NCBI RefSeq assembly: GCF_024502345.1 | Contig: NZ_JALDNN010000001.1 | Source: Escherichia coli | GTDB taxonomy: Bacteria; Pseudomonadota; Gammaproteobacteria; Enterobacterales; Enterobacteriaceae | Length of the DNA stretch: 64,000 nt | Strand: one strand, 5' to 3' | Notes under the pieces: model-generated | The model's input: the letters and a program-made list of their open reading frames with translations, nothing else | What the model was told of the DNA's origin: nothing | Databases searched by the model: none | Shown here: one piece after another, positions 1 to 10,836 of the stretch | Layout of the letters: every line of letters begins with the position of its first letter | Numbering within the stretch: position 1 is the stretch's first letter | Program-made: the position numbers and the translations under genes

Positions 1-214
1 TATACTTATCTTTTGGTGAACGACCGGTGAAGATCCCGGTATCGACGGCAACGGCACCCAGATTAGTTAACACCCCGCGCTCATAACCTGTCAGGCTCGG
101 ATCGAGCTCTTCCTGATACAGCAGGTCGTAGCTTGGGTTGTAAACGATATCATGTACGTCACTGATACCATAAGCCTCGAGTTCTTGCGGGGTCAAACCA
201 TTGTTAACGCGCAT
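1..214 (-). CDS. pckA: Phosphoenolpyruvate carboxykinase (ATP), 5' part only; gene runs off the window start
   Basis: Reverse strand from ATG at 214 reads [32 protein letters not shown]..., a recognisable Pck N-terminus; AGGAG Shine-Dalgarno just upstream. Confidence 0.9.
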
Positions 215-592
215 TTCACTGCTCCTTAGCCAATATGTATTGCCTGAATAGTAAAGTCTTTTTGGGGGTGTTAACCGCGACAAGGCTCATAGATTTACGT
301 ATCTGGAGAAATTCATATTTGACAAAAAACTCCGTGATTCCTGTCACGAAACGGTTGCTATTATCGCAGAAATAGCATTTTAGGTGTGGAAAATGTTCTC
401 AAAAGGTTAAATCTTGGTTTATATGGCGGGAATATTGTGAGTGGAATCGCATTCCTGAATGAAATTGATGCAAATTCAACCGGTAAAGTATCGATTCACC
501 ACGCTAACTTTTTTTGATTATTTTCTGAAAAAAGCAAAATACTACTGCCCGGATGCGATAATTAACCCACCTTTTGATTCTGGATAACCAAC

Positions 593-2094
593 ATGGATAA
601 CGTTGAACTTTCACCCGCAACACGCTGGGGGATGATTGCTACCGGATTACTTCAGGGTCTGGTTTGCTACCTGCTGATCGTCTGGCTTTCCGGAAAAAAT
701 CACAGTTGGATTGTTTATGGCGTGCCTGCGACCGTTGCGTTTTCATCCGTTTTACTCTTCTCCGTGATCTCTTTTAAACAGAAGCGCCTTTGGGGATGGC
801 TGGCGCTGGTGTTTATTGCCACGCTGGGGATGAGTGGCTGGTGCTTTTACTGTGGGGCGAGTTGTTTAAACTTGTTGGCATCACGTTTTTCAAAACGCTC
901 TTTTTTGCAACCGACTGGTTTATTTATCTCACGTTAGGTCTGGTTACCGCGCTGGCGGTGATCCTCGCGCGAACACAGTCACGTTTAATCGACTCTATTC
1001 AAAAGTTGTTCACGTTAATCGCCACGGGGTTGCTGCCGTTAGTCTCATTGCTAACCCTGATGTTTATCATCACCCTGCCGTTTACGGGCCTGAGCGCGAT
1101 TTCTCGCCACATCTCCGCCGCCGGGTTGCTGTTGACGCTGGCCTTTTTGCAATTGATCTTAATGGCTATTGTCCGCGATCCGCAAAAAGCGTCTCTTCCC
1201 TGGACGGGGCCGTTGCGTTGCCTGATTAAAACCGCTTTGCTGGTTGCTCCGCTGTATGTGTTCGTCGCCGCCTGGGCGTTATGGCTGCGGGTCGCTCAGT
1301 ACGGCTGGACTGTCGACCGCTTGCAGGGCGCGCTGGCGGTGCTGGTGTTACTGGTGTGGTCGCTGGGGTATTTTGTCAGCATTGTCTGGCGTAAAGGGCA
1401 AAATCCCCTTGTTCTTCAAGGCAAAGTGAACCTTGCGGTTTCGGTATTGGTGTTGGTGATACTGGTGCTTCTTAATTCGCCGGTGCTGGACAGTATGCGC
1501 ATTAGCGTGAACAGTCATATGGCGCGTTATCAGAGCGGTAAAAACACGCCAGACCAGGTAACTATCTACATGCTCGAACACAGCGGTCGCTATGGACGTG
1601 CGGCGCTTGAGTCGCTGAAAAGCGATGCCGAGTTTATGAAAGACCCGAAACGCTCGTGGGATCTGCTGATGGCGTTAGATGGGGAGCAAAGTCTTCAGAA
1701 GGTGGTGTCGGAAAAATCATTAGCCGAAAATGTGTTAATTGCCCCTGGTTCTGGTAAACCGGATGCGACATTCTGGTCGGCCTTAATCCAGGATCGCTAT
1801 AACGTGATGACCTGTATTGAAAAAGACGCCTGCGTACTGGTCGAGCAAGATCTGAATAGTGATGGCAGGGCAGAGCGGATCCTCTTTGCCTTTGATGATG
1901 AAAGATACATTGTCTATGGCTTTGATCCTGACAAGAAAGAATGGCAAGAGCTTACGATGAGTTTACTTCCGCGTGATATAACGAAAGAAAAATTACTCAC
2001 AGCTGCGAAGGATGGAAAACTGGGAACGAAGCCTAAAGCGTGGCGCGATCTTGTAGTGGATGGTGAAAGGCTGGGTGTGAATCTGAATGAGTGA
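593..2094 (+). pseudogene. yhgE: YhgE-like inner-membrane protein gene with interrupted reading frame (593..937 in one frame, 790..2094 in the next)
   Basis: Two consecutive overlapping ORFs, both hydrophobic and membrane-like; first frame opens at ATG 593 after TGA at 575 and stops at TAG 935-937; second frame is closed by TAA 775-777 and runs to TGA 2092-2094. Confidence 0.6.
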
Positions 2095-2125
2095 CAAAGC
2101 GCATCAGGTGTATTAGTCGTAAAAT

Positions 2126-2147
2126 CCGGCAGAGCCCTCTCTGCCGG
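2126..2147. terminator. Hairpin between convergent yhgE and hslO
   Basis: Perfect inverted repeat CCGGCAGAG-ccct-CTCTGCCGG; A/T-rich flank on the hslO side. Confidence 0.5.
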
Positions 2148-2156
2148 ACATACTCA

Positions 2157-3035
2157 TTAATGAACTTGCGGATCTGCCGGAGACGCGTTGTTGCGGATTT
2201 CAGCAATATCCATCGCATTGAACAGATAGTGGTTACCGCAGTAATCACAATGCATGTCAATTTCGCCATCTTCCGCCAGGATGCTATCGACTTCTTCATC
2301 AGGCAGCGTTTTCAGCGCATCGGCGCAACGTTCACGCGAGCAGGTGCATTTGAACTCCACATCCTGCGGATCGTAAACCGTCACCTCTTCTTCGTGATAC
2401 AAACGCCACAACACTTCGTTTGCCGGTAAGGTCAGCAGTTCTTCGGTTTTGATGGTTTCGGTTAGCGTCGCCAGGTGGTCGAAGTCGTCCTGCTGGGCAT
2501 TTTGCGCAGGCATTACCTGCAACAACATACCGCCCGCAGCCGGTTTGCCGTCTACGTCGCCGGTGCGAATAAACAGGCGCGTCGGCAGCTGTTCAGAACG
2601 CATAAAGTAATCTTCCAGGCAGGCCGCCAGGGTATCTCCTTCCAGACCCACCACGCCCTGATAGCGCTCACCTTCGCTCGGGGTAATGGTGATCACCACG
2701 TAACCATTGCCGACCAGCGTTTTCAGGTCGGCATTTTCTGGAATTTCGCCCTGCACGCGCGCCACACCGCGCATCTGCTGGTTGTTGTTACCGTTAATAA
2801 CCGCCAGATTCATCGGACCGTCGCCCTGCAGCTGTACGGTGATATCACCATCAAACTTCAGCGTAGCGGTTAACAGGCTGGTCGCAACCAGCAGTTCTGC
2901 CAGCACGTTTTTAACGGGCTGCGGATAATCGTGGTTCTCAAGGATCTGTTGCAGGGTTTCCGAAACGGTTACCAGTTCGCCGCGCACGGCAAAGTTTTCA
3001 AACAGATAGCGATGTAATTGGTCATGTTGCGGCAT
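2157..3035 (-). CDS. hslO: Redox-regulated chaperone Hsp33
   Basis: ORF 2157..3041 translates [21 protein letters not shown]... with C-terminal CxxC...CxxC zinc centre ([16 protein letters not shown]); start taken at the third Met (ATG at 3035) to give 292 aa. Confidence 0.93.
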   Translation of the reverse strand: MPQHDQLHRYLFENFAVRGELVTVSETLQQILENHDYPQPVKNVLAELLVATSLLTATLKFDGDITVQLQGDGPMNLAVINGNNNQQMRGVARVQGEIPENADLKTLVGNGYVVITITPSEGERYQGVVGLEGDTLAACLEDYFMRSEQLPTRLFIRTGDVDGKPAAGGMLLQVMPAQNAQQDDFDHLATLTETIKTEELLTLPANEVLWRLYHEEEVTVYDPQDVEFKCTCSRERCADALKTLPDEEVDSILAEDGEIDMHCDYCGNHYLFNAMDIAEIRNNASPADPQVH

Positions 3036-3059
3036 AATCATCTCTCTTGCAGGTGACAG

Positions 3060-3461
3060 TTATTCACTGTCGCCGTGTTTAAATCGTAACAGGTCGCGGC
3101 GCTCTTTTTTGTCCGGGCGTCGGTCCGGGTGCGGCATGGTTAAGGCATTAAGTTTACGTGCCAGCGCCATTTTTTCGCGTTTCTCTACACTTTCCGCAGT
3201 CTCTTCATACAGCAAGGCAGCCTCGCTGGCGGGGCGACGCTGTTCAGTAATCGCCTTTACAATCACCGTGCGTTCGTCATTTCCCTGGCGCAGAGTGAGC
3301 GTGGCATTCAGCTCGACGATTTTGCTCGGCTTGCTGCGCTGCCCGTTGTAATGCACCTTACCGCCTTCAATCATTTCACGGGCCAGCGCGCGGGTTTTAT
3401 AAAAACGGGCAGCCCATAGCCATTTATCCAGTCGAACCTCAACAGCAGGTTTTTCTTTCAT
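3060..3461 (-). CDS. hslR: Heat-shock protein Hsp15, ribosome-associated S4-like RNA-binding protein
   Basis: 133-aa ORF MKEKPAVEVRLDKWLWAARFYKTRALAREMIEGGKV... Confidence 0.93.
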   Translation of the reverse strand: MKEKPAVEVRLDKWLWAARFYKTRALAREMIEGGKVHYNGQRSKPSKIVELNATLTLRQGNDERTVIVKAITEQRRPASEAALLYEETAESVEKREKMALARKLNALTMPHPDRRPDKKERRDLLRFKHGDSE

Positions 3462-3471
3462 GGCGTCTCCT

Positions 3472-4140
3472 TCACATTAGCGAGGGGATCAGGCGGCGGT
3501 AGTCATTCAGTGACGGATGGCGTTGATACTGTTTCTCGGCAATCCCTGAGTCAGGATTAGTCACGCCGAGGCAGTAACGAATACCAAATTGCGCGGCAGC
3601 ATCGAGAATCGCTTCGCTGTCATCAATAAACAGCGTTCTTTCAGCTTTCAGACCCGTAGCTTCGGCCACCGCATGCCATAACCGCTGATCCTCTTTCGGA
3701 TAACCAAATGTGTGGGTGGAAAGTAATAAATCAAGGTGTGCGTCCAGACCGGTATGCTCAAGTTTTACCGCCAGGTTGTGCGGATGCGCATTGGTGAGCA
3801 AAATTCGCTGCTTACCGCTGGCTTTCAGTGCCTCAAGAAACGGAATGGTATCTTCACGCAGTACGGCACGCGGTCCCATCTCGGTGGTCATCGCACAGAT
3901 ATCCAGACCCAGTTGCTCACTCCAGTAATCAAGACAGTACCAGTTTAGCGTATGCTGTACGTCGTGATATTGCTGGCGCATATATTCCATCGCTTCCTGT
4001 GGCGTAACCCCGTTTTTCGCGCCCCATGTTTCAGGCACCAGCTTTTGCCAGAAATAGTTATCGAAGGCGAGGTCGAGCAACGTGCCGTCCATATCCAGCA
4101 GAACGGTATCTACGTCCTGCCAGGCAATGTTGATATGCAT
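3472..4140 (-). CDS. yrfG: HAD-family nucleotidase (GMP/IMP phosphatase YrfG)
   Basis: ORF 3472..4185; HAD motif DMDGTLLD near N-terminus; start taken at internal Met MHINIAWQDVDTVLLDMDGTLLD (222 aa). Confidence 0.88.
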   Translation of the reverse strand: MHINIAWQDVDTVLLDMDGTLLDLAFDNYFWQKLVPETWGAKNGVTPQEAMEYMRQQYHDVQHTLNWYCLDYWSEQLGLDICAMTTEMGPRAVLREDTIPFLEALKASGKQRILLTNAHPHNLAVKLEHTGLDAHLDLLLSTHTFGYPKEDQRLWHAVAEATGLKAERTLFIDDSEAILDAAAQFGIRYCLGVTNPDSGIAEKQYQRHPSLNDYRRLIPSLM

Positions 4141-4204
4141 GAGGGAAATCTCCAGAGTGAAGCAATTTGCGCGACAGGGTAGCATAACCTGCCGCGCAAA
4201 CGTG

Positions 4205-6340
4205 TTATTCGATAAGGCTTTCTGAAGGGGTGATCAGTTGCGGGTTCAGGCAGCTTTCATAATAGGCCTGAATCTTCATCATGCGAGTGCGATGACGCTG
4301 GTAACGCCGCCAGGCCTGTACGCCATTGTAAATGGCGCTACCCAGCATCGTCAGTAGCAGCAGCGTGGTGCTGAGATAGCGCCACAGGCCGGAACGATCC
4401 GGGATCGGATGAAGGCCTATATGCTGCGTACCATTGGCGTTAGTGAAGATTTTTGTGACGATACCCTCGGCGTTAAACGGCGTATGCATCAGCATTTGTG
4501 CCAGTTTCTGGAAAGCGTTCCACTGTTCTTGCGGCGGGTAGTCGTAAAGTGATGCCGAAGGCCAGGGCTGATCAACAAAATCGCTGCCTTCGTCGCTGAC
4601 AATCAGGAATCCGCCGGGGGCCGGACTGTTTAGTGATTGTGCTGCTCGCGCCGTTTCATGCGTGATAAACGGCGCGGTGGAGGTTGCCACCAGGTTATCC
4701 AGCGATTCCGCACTCACCGGGCGTAATAACACATTCACGCCATCGAGCTTCCCGGCGTTGGCGCGTTTTACCAGCGCGTCCCAGTCTTTACTGTTGCCGA
4801 GATTGACCAGCGCATTTTTCAGTCGCACACAGTCATCTTTGGCAGAACACAGATCCGCTGTCTTCAGTACAATGTCGCCAAAATCATCAAGCAATACCAT
4901 GCCGGATTTTTGAATCGCTGAACGTAATGAGGCACTGACGCGAGATTCATCTTCCGGTTTAGGGTGCAGCTGGCGATTAACTGCTTCAGTCAATGCCGTC
5001 GCTTTGTTGACCAGCTCAGATTCTGGTAATGGTAATGAGCGGGCGTCATTCCAGATGATCTGCGAGCAGTCAAACGGTAAAAAAGGTGAATTGGTTTTCG
5101 CGCTCCAGGTTCCGGAAGTGCGAATATTACACATTCCCGTACCGCTAATACGCAATGTATCGCCTACCCGCACGCCAGCGTCAGCCAGTTGTTTTACGCT
5201 GGTGGCTTCAATGGTCTGCGCGCCTTTCATCCATGAGAGAGTGAATTTCAGCGGCATATCCAGCGGGATCCAGAATAACAGCATAAACAGCACCAGCAGC
5301 GAGCCCGCAGCGATAATCGTACTGCGCAGCCAGTGCTGTAACGGAAAGTTTTTTACTTCATCATGCAGCGAAAGATATCGTCCCTGACGCACTACATGGC
5401 GGTCGAGATAGATATCGATATCGGTTTGTTGACCGAGATCCTGAGCAATGTATGGCTGCCAGTGTGCGGGATAGACCAGGTCGATAATACCGAGTGAAAT
5501 ATTGTTGATCTGTTCCTGATCGTTTTCGCCAAACAATCCCCAACGACGGGGTGTACCGCGCAGACAATGAATTTCCCGCAGGGAGGATTTTGCCGGGGGG
5601 GCGAATAGCCCCCACAGACCTGCGCCCAGCAGCAGTAATGCGCCGCCTGCCAGCCACGGAACAAATACATCCGGGGTAATCAGGCAGAAAAAGAACATCA
5701 GAAAGGAGGCGACGATCAGCAACGCTTCACGCAGCCCGCGCGGACGACTCAGCGCATACTCTTCATGCGTTTCTTTGCGAATATTGAGTAGCTCGATTTG
5801 CTCACTCTCTTCCCCGCGAATCGACGCCTGCGTGGACGGAACAGGTTGCAAGGCATAGCCGCGCGTTTCCTGCATGTACTCCTGCAGCGTATGACCGTTG
5901 AGTGAAATAACCAACGGCAGCGAATCGGTATGAATCAGTTCAACGGTATTCTCATCGTTGATGTACTGTTCCCAGAAGGGGGGCAGGTGGACTTCTACCG
6001 AATCGAGGTAGTAACGCCATTTATTCGGATCGTCGGTAGAGATGCCGTAACGTGTGATAGCGTGTGTCAGCATCATGACGTTGTTGCTTTCGGCATTCAG
6101 CGCCAGAGAGATCGGTGCCGCGCTGGCTCCCGTTGGGCCAGGCACCTGTAATACCTGCGTCAGGCTCTCAAGATAATTTTCAACGGCGCTACGTTCTTCA
6201 GGTGTGAGTTTACGCGTTTGCGCATCCGCGAAGGCGTTGGTCCAGGGCAGCTGACGCCGTCTGGATCGCACTTTTATCAGCCATCCCGCAAGTAGTGAGC
6301 AGGCCAGCAAAGCAGCTAAAAAAATCACAATGGTGCTCAT
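4205..6340 (-). CDS. igaA: Inner-membrane regulator IgaA (negative regulator of the Rcs phosphorelay)
   Basis: 711-aa ORF with multiple hydrophobic segments, MSTIVIFLAALLACSLLAGWLIKVRSRRRQL... Confidence 0.92.
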   Translation of the reverse strand: MSTIVIFLAALLACSLLAGWLIKVRSRRRQLPWTNAFADAQTRKLTPEERSAVENYLESLTQVLQVPGPTGASAAPISLALNAESNNVMMLTHAITRYGISTDDPNKWRYYLDSVEVHLPPFWEQYINDENTVELIHTDSLPLVISLNGHTLQEYMQETRGYALQPVPSTQASIRGEESEQIELLNIRKETHEEYALSRPRGLREALLIVASFLMFFFCLITPDVFVPWLAGGALLLLGAGLWGLFAPPAKSSLREIHCLRGTPRRWGLFGENDQEQINNISLGIIDLVYPAHWQPYIAQDLGQQTDIDIYLDRHVVRQGRYLSLHDEVKNFPLQHWLRSTIIAAGSLLVLFMLLFWIPLDMPLKFTLSWMKGAQTIEATSVKQLADAGVRVGDTLRISGTGMCNIRTSGTWSAKTNSPFLPFDCSQIIWNDARSLPLPESELVNKATALTEAVNRQLHPKPEDESRVSASLRSAIQKSGMVLLDDFGDIVLKTADLCSAKDDCVRLKNALVNLGNSKDWDALVKRANAGKLDGVNVLLRPVSAESLDNLVATSTAPFITHETARAAQSLNSPAPGGFLIVSDEGSDFVDQPWPSASLYDYPPQEQWNAFQKLAQMLMHTPFNAEGIVTKIFTNANGTQHIGLHPIPDRSGLWRYLSTTLLLLTMLGSAIYNGVQAWRRYQRHRTRMMKIQAYYESCLNPQLITPSESLIE

Positions 6341-6659
6341 GCTTTCCCCATCTTACTTAGTCTGTCAGGCGTGGTCAGTCGCACCGGACACAATACATGA
6401 TTCTGCGGTTGGCTATCGGCAAGCGTGGAGTTTAACTTGAGCATCATTAAGCACATCACAGTAACCGCTGATCATAGCAAACCCTCTGAAGGCGGAATAT
6501 CAGCAAATTCCTGGAGTTATTTCAACCTATTGACTTTTAATTTGATTTGAGGACGATTATTTATTAAGTTACATAAATGTAAATAACATGCAATTCACAT
6601 TGCCGAAAGCGTGTCCGATATCGCACAATAACCGCTGATTTCACAGCATAGATCCCACG

Positions 6660-7220
6660 ATGAGCAAATCATTACAAAAACCCACCATTCTGAATGTTGA
6701 AACTGTAGCCCGTTCCCGACTGTTTACCGTCGAGAGCGTGGGTCTGGAGTTCAGCAATGGCGTGCGGCGTGTTTATGAACGAATGCGTCCAACCAACCGG
6801 GAAGCAGTGATGATTGTGCCGATTGTGGACGATCACCTGATCCTGATCCGCGAATACGCAGTGGGAACTGAATCCTACGAATTAGGTTTTTCGAAAGGAT
6901 TAATTGATCCGGGTGAAAGCGTCTACGAAGCCGCTAACCGCGAGCTAAAAGAAGAGGTTGGATTTGGTGCGAACGATCTGACTTTTTTGAAGAAGCTCAG
7001 CATGGCACCGTCTTACTTTTCCAGCAAAATGAATATCGTGGTAGCGCAAGATCTCTACCCGGAATCGCTGGAAGGCGATGAGCCAGAGCCGCTACCACAG
7101 GTGCGCTGGCCGCTGGCGCATATGATGGATTTGCTGGAAGACCCTGACTTCAACGAAGCGCGTAATGTCAGCGCGCTGTTCCTCGTGCGCGAATGGTTGA
7201 AAGGGCAGGGGCGAGTGTAA
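6660..7220 (+). CDS. nudE: ADP-compounds hydrolase NudE (Nudix family)
   Basis: 186-aa ORF; Nudix box region GLIDPGESVYEAANRELKEEVG. Confidence 0.92.
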   Translation: MSKSLQKPTILNVETVARSRLFTVESVGLEFSNGVRRVYERMRPTNREAVMIVPIVDDHLILIREYAVGTESYELGFSKGLIDPGESVYEAANRELKEEVGFGANDLTFLKKLSMAPSYFSSKMNIVVAQDLYPESLEGDEPEPLPQVRWPLAHMMDLLEDPDFNEARNVSALFLVREWLKGQGRV

Positions 7221-7233
7221 ATGCGTGAAGTTT

Positions 7234-7330
7234 GCCTGATGCACAACGCTTATCAGGCTTATGGGATTCCTGCAATATATTGAGTTTTCACGATTTTGTT
7301 AGCCGGATAACGCGTTCACCCGTATCCGGC
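7234..7330. repeat. Pair of REP-like palindromic units (BIME-like) between convergent nudE and mrcA
   Basis: GCCTGATGCACAACGCTTATCAGGC at 7234..7258 and GCCGGATAACGCGTTCACCCGTATCCGGC at 7302..7330, typical REP architecture. Confidence 0.6.
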
Positions 7331-7359
7331 ATAAACAAGTGCACTTTGTCAGCAAACTG

Positions 7360-7384
7360 AAAAGGCGCCGAAGCGCCTTTTTAA
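7360..7384. terminator. Bidirectional rho-independent terminator (nudE / mrcA)
   Basis: AAAAGGCGCC-gaa-GCGCCTTTTT hairpin with U-runs on both strands, directly after the mrcA stop. Confidence 0.75.
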
Positions 7385-9937
7385 TCAGAACAATTCCTGT
7401 GCCTCGCCATTATCGATAATGGTCGTTCCCACCTCGTGCACCGCCTGTTGTGTCGGCTGCGTACCTTCGATGAAATACTCTTCGCGGCTGTTGCCACCAT
7501 TAGCTAACTGCCCGGTGCTGCGATCGATTTTCACCGTCACAATACCTGGCGGCGGCGTCAGCGGCTGCTCCGGCACACCTTCAAGAACGGCTTTCATATA
7601 AGCGTCCCATGCAGGCTGGGCGCTCTTGGCACCGCCTTCGTAACCTGATATCTGATCTTTAATCGCTCCGGAAGCCGTTGTATGACCGAGATTACGACGG
7701 TGATCATCAAAGCCAATCCAGACCGAGGTCACAACGCCCGGACCGTAACCCGAGAACCACGCATCTTTCGAACTGTTAGTGGTACCGGTTTTCCCGCCGA
7801 TATCGCGACGCTGCAAATCACGACCTGCACGCCAGCCGGTACCCTGCCAGCCTGGCTCACCAAAGATATTGGTGTTCAAAGCACTCTTAATCAGGAATGC
7901 CAGCGGAGTGTTGATGACGTGCGGTGCGTACTCCTGCGCGCCAGTCTTCGCCACTAACGCCTGATTTGCCTGCTCCAGCTGCGGCATTGGTACAGAAACA
8001 TTCTGCTGCTCGCGGGAGATAGCGACATCTTCAACATCGTTATTTTCCAGCACGTTCGATTTCTGCGTATCACCGTAAATCACTGGAATATCGCATTCCG
8101 GGCAGGCTACTTTCGGTTTCGCTTCGAAAATCACGCCGCCCTGATCGTTTTCAATTTTGCTGATAAACCACGGGTCCACCAGGAAGCCGCCGTTCGCCAT
8201 GACCGCGTAGCCGCGCGCCACCTGCATTGGGGTGAAGGACGCTGAACCCAGCGCCAGCGATTCGGTGTGGACAATGTTTTGCGCCGGGAAGCCGAAGCGT
8301 TGCAGATATTCTGCAGCGTAGTCGACGCCCATCGCTCGCATTGCGCGTACCATCACCACGTTTTTCGACTGACCCAGCCCCTGACGTAAGCGAATTGGAC
8401 CGGCATACTGCGGTGGTGAGTTTTTCGGCTGCCAGTCAGAACCGGCACCTGCGTCCCAGCGAGAAATTGGCACATCGTTCAACATACTTGCCAGCGTCAG
8501 ACCTTTATCCATCGCCGCGGTGTAGAGGAACGGTTTGATGTTGGAACCCACCTGACGCAGTGCCTGGGTGGCGCGGTTAAACTTGCTCTGATTGAAATCA
8601 AAGCCACCGACCAGCGCCATAACGGCACCATTTTGCGGATTGATCGACACCAGTGCCGAGTTCACTTCCGGCACTTGTGCCAGCCACCATGCATCGCCAA
8701 CCTGACGAACCCAGATTTGCTGGCCCGTTTGCAGAACATCGGTCACTTTACGCGGCGTCGGTCCCTGCTGAGTATCCGAACGGTAAGGACGCGCCCAGCG
8801 AACGCCTTCCATACTCAATGCGACGGTCGACCCGTCCGCCAGCATTGCCGTCGCTTCCTGAGGATTGGCGCTGGTGACTGCGGCAGGCAGCAGCGGACCA
8901 TAGGTCGGCAGCGCCTTCAGCGTATCGGTAATCTTGTTGTTATCCCACGCCGACTCGCCCACTTTCCACAGCACATTTGCCGGGCCGCGATAGCCGTGGC
9001 GCATGTCGTAGTCCAGCACGTTATTACGTACCGCCTGCTGTGCGGCCTGCTGCACTTTGCGGGTGATGGTGGTGTAAATGCGATAACCGTCTTCATAGGC
9101 ACTTTCGCCATAACGGTTATACATCTCCTGGCGCACCATTTCGCTCAGGTACGGCGCAGAAAAAGCAATCTCCGGCGCGTGATAGTTAGCGTTAATCGCC
9201 TCAGTGCGTGTCTGATCGAACTGTTGTTGGGTGATATACCCTTCATCCAGCATCCGCGACAGTACGACGTTACGCCGCGCGACGGCACGATCCATTGAGT
9301 AGAGCGGATTAAAGGTGGAAGGCGCTTTCGGCAGCCCGGCGATCACAGCCATTTCGTTCAGCGTCAGTTGGTCGACCGTTTTACCGAAATAGACTTGTGC
9401 CGCAGCACCGACACCATAGGCGCGGTAACCAAGGTAAATCTTGTTCAGATAAAGCTCGAGGATCTCGTCTTTCGTCAGCAACTGTTCAATGCGAATCGCG
9501 AGGAAGACTTCCTTAATCTTACGCATCAGCGTGCGTTCTGGACTGAGGAAGAAATTTCTCGCCAGCTGCTGGGTAATGGTACTCGCCCCTTGTGACGCGT
9601 GGCCGGAGAACAGCGCCACACTTGCCGCACGGAAGATCCCCACCGGGTCAACGCCGTGATGCTCGTAGAAGCGGCTGTCTTCCGTCGCGATAAAGGCTTT
9701 CACCATCTCTGGCGGGATTTGATCCAGCGTAACCGGAATACGACGTTTCTCACCGTATTGAGCAATCAGCTCGCCATCGGCGCTGTAAATCTGCATCGGA
9801 ATTTGCAGGCGAACATCTTTTAATGTCGCCACATCCGGCAGTTGTGGCTCGATGTAGCGGTATAGGCCATAAATCGAGCCTGCTCCCAGCAGAATGCAAC
9901 AGACTGCAAGGATCAAAAAATACTTTACGAACTTCAC
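7385..9937 (-). CDS. mrcA: Penicillin-binding protein 1A (bifunctional transglycosylase/transpeptidase)
   Basis: ORF 7385..9961; glycosyltransferase motifs (EDSRFYEHHGVD, RIEQLLTKDEILELYLN) and SxxK transpeptidase region; probable GTG start at 9937 giving MKFVKYFLILAV... (850 aa). Confidence 0.93.
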   Translation of the reverse strand: MKFVKYFLILAVCCILLGAGSIYGLYRYIEPQLPDVATLKDVRLQIPMQIYSADGELIAQYGEKRRIPVTLDQIPPEMVKAFIATEDSRFYEHHGVDPVGIFRAASVALFSGHASQGASTITQQLARNFFLSPERTLMRKIKEVFLAIRIEQLLTKDEILELYLNKIYLGYRAYGVGAAAQVYFGKTVDQLTLNEMAVIAGLPKAPSTFNPLYSMDRAVARRNVVLSRMLDEGYITQQQFDQTRTEAINANYHAPEIAFSAPYLSEMVRQEMYNRYGESAYEDGYRIYTTITRKVQQAAQQAVRNNVLDYDMRHGYRGPANVLWKVGESAWDNNKITDTLKALPTYGPLLPAAVTSANPQEATAMLADGSTVALSMEGVRWARPYRSDTQQGPTPRKVTDVLQTGQQIWVRQVGDAWWLAQVPEVNSALVSINPQNGAVMALVGGFDFNQSKFNRATQALRQVGSNIKPFLYTAAMDKGLTLASMLNDVPISRWDAGAGSDWQPKNSPPQYAGPIRLRQGLGQSKNVVMVRAMRAMGVDYAAEYLQRFGFPAQNIVHTESLALGSASFTPMQVARGYAVMANGGFLVDPWFISKIENDQGGVIFEAKPKVACPECDIPVIYGDTQKSNVLENNDVEDVAISREQQNVSVPMPQLEQANQALVAKTGAQEYAPHVINTPLAFLIKSALNTNIFGEPGWQGTGWRAGRDLQRRDIGGKTGTTNSSKDAWFSGYGPGVVTSVWIGFDDHRRNLGHTTASGAIKDQISGYEGGAKSAQPAWDAYMKAVLEGVPEQPLTPPPGIVTVKIDRSTGQLANGGNSREEYFIEGTQPTQQAVHEVGTTIIDNGEAQELF

Positions 9938-10056
9938 TGGAAATTTCCCATTTAGTTTCATTTGGGCAGTTTATAAACAAACGCGCGGTAGTATAAAGGC
10001 AAGCCAGACGCATTGATATACCCGTCAGAGTGACGGGTGATAAGGAGATCATCACA

Positions 10057-10836
10057 ATGGCATTTAAGATCTGGCAAATTGGTTTGCATTTACAACAGCA
10101 AGAAGCGGTAGCGGTTGCTATCGTGCGGGGCGCAAAAGAATGCTTTTTGCAACGCTGGTGGCGGTTGCCGCTGGCGCACGACATTATCAAAGATGGGCGG
10201 ATTGTTGATGCGCAGCGGCTGGCTAAAACGTTGTTACCGTGGAGTCGCGAACTGCCGCAGCGCCATCACATCATGTTGGCATTTCCCGCCAGTCGCACAT
10301 TACAGCGGTCATTTCCGCGCCCGTCGATGTCCCTCGGTGAGCGGGAGCAAACGGCCTGGCTGTCCGGGACGATGGCTCGCGAGCTGGATATGGATCCGGA
10401 CTCCCTGCGCTTCGATTACAGCGAAGACTCACTCAGTCCCGCCTATAACGTGACTGCCGCGCAAAGCAAAGAGCTGGCAACGCTGCTTACTCTGGCAGAA
10501 AGGTTGCGTGTTCATGTTAGTGCGATCACCCCGGATGCCAGTGCATTACAGCGATTCCTGCCTTTTTTACCTTCTCATCAGCAATGTCTGGCCTGGCGTG
10601 ATAACGAACAGTGGCTGTGGGCGACACGCTATCGCTGGGGGCGCAAACTGGCGGTGGGGATGACTAGCGCGAAGGAGCTGGCGGCAGCGTTATCCGTTGA
10701 TCCCGAAAGCGTCGCGATATGTGGCGAAGGCGGATTTGATCCCTGGGAGGCCGTTTCTGTTCGTCAGCCGCCGCTACCGCCGCCTGGTGGAGACTTTGCC
10801 ATCGCGCTGGGGCTGGCGCTTGGGAAGGCGTACTGA
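10057..10836 (+). CDS. hofM: Type IV pilus / DNA-uptake assembly protein HofM (PilM-like)
   Basis: ORF 10030..10836; ATG at 10057 preceded by AAGGAG; MAFKIWQIGLHLQQQEAV... Confidence 0.88.
   Translation: MAFKIWQIGLHLQQQEAVAVAIVRGAKECFLQRWWRLPLAHDIIKDGRIVDAQRLAKTLLPWSRELPQRHHIMLAFPASRTLQRSFPRPSMSLGEREQTAWLSGTMARELDMDPDSLRFDYSEDSLSPAYNVTAAQSKELATLLTLAERLRVHVSAITPDASALQRFLPFLPSHQQCLAWRDNEQWLWATRYRWGRKLAVGMTSAKELAAALSVDPESVAICGEGGFDPWEAVSVRQPPLPPPGGDFAIALGLALGKAY

Noticed and set aside
593-937. 114-codon ORF listed separately at the start of the yhgE region
   Set aside because: Not an independent gene: it is the N-terminal portion of yhgE, separated from the rest by a frame change
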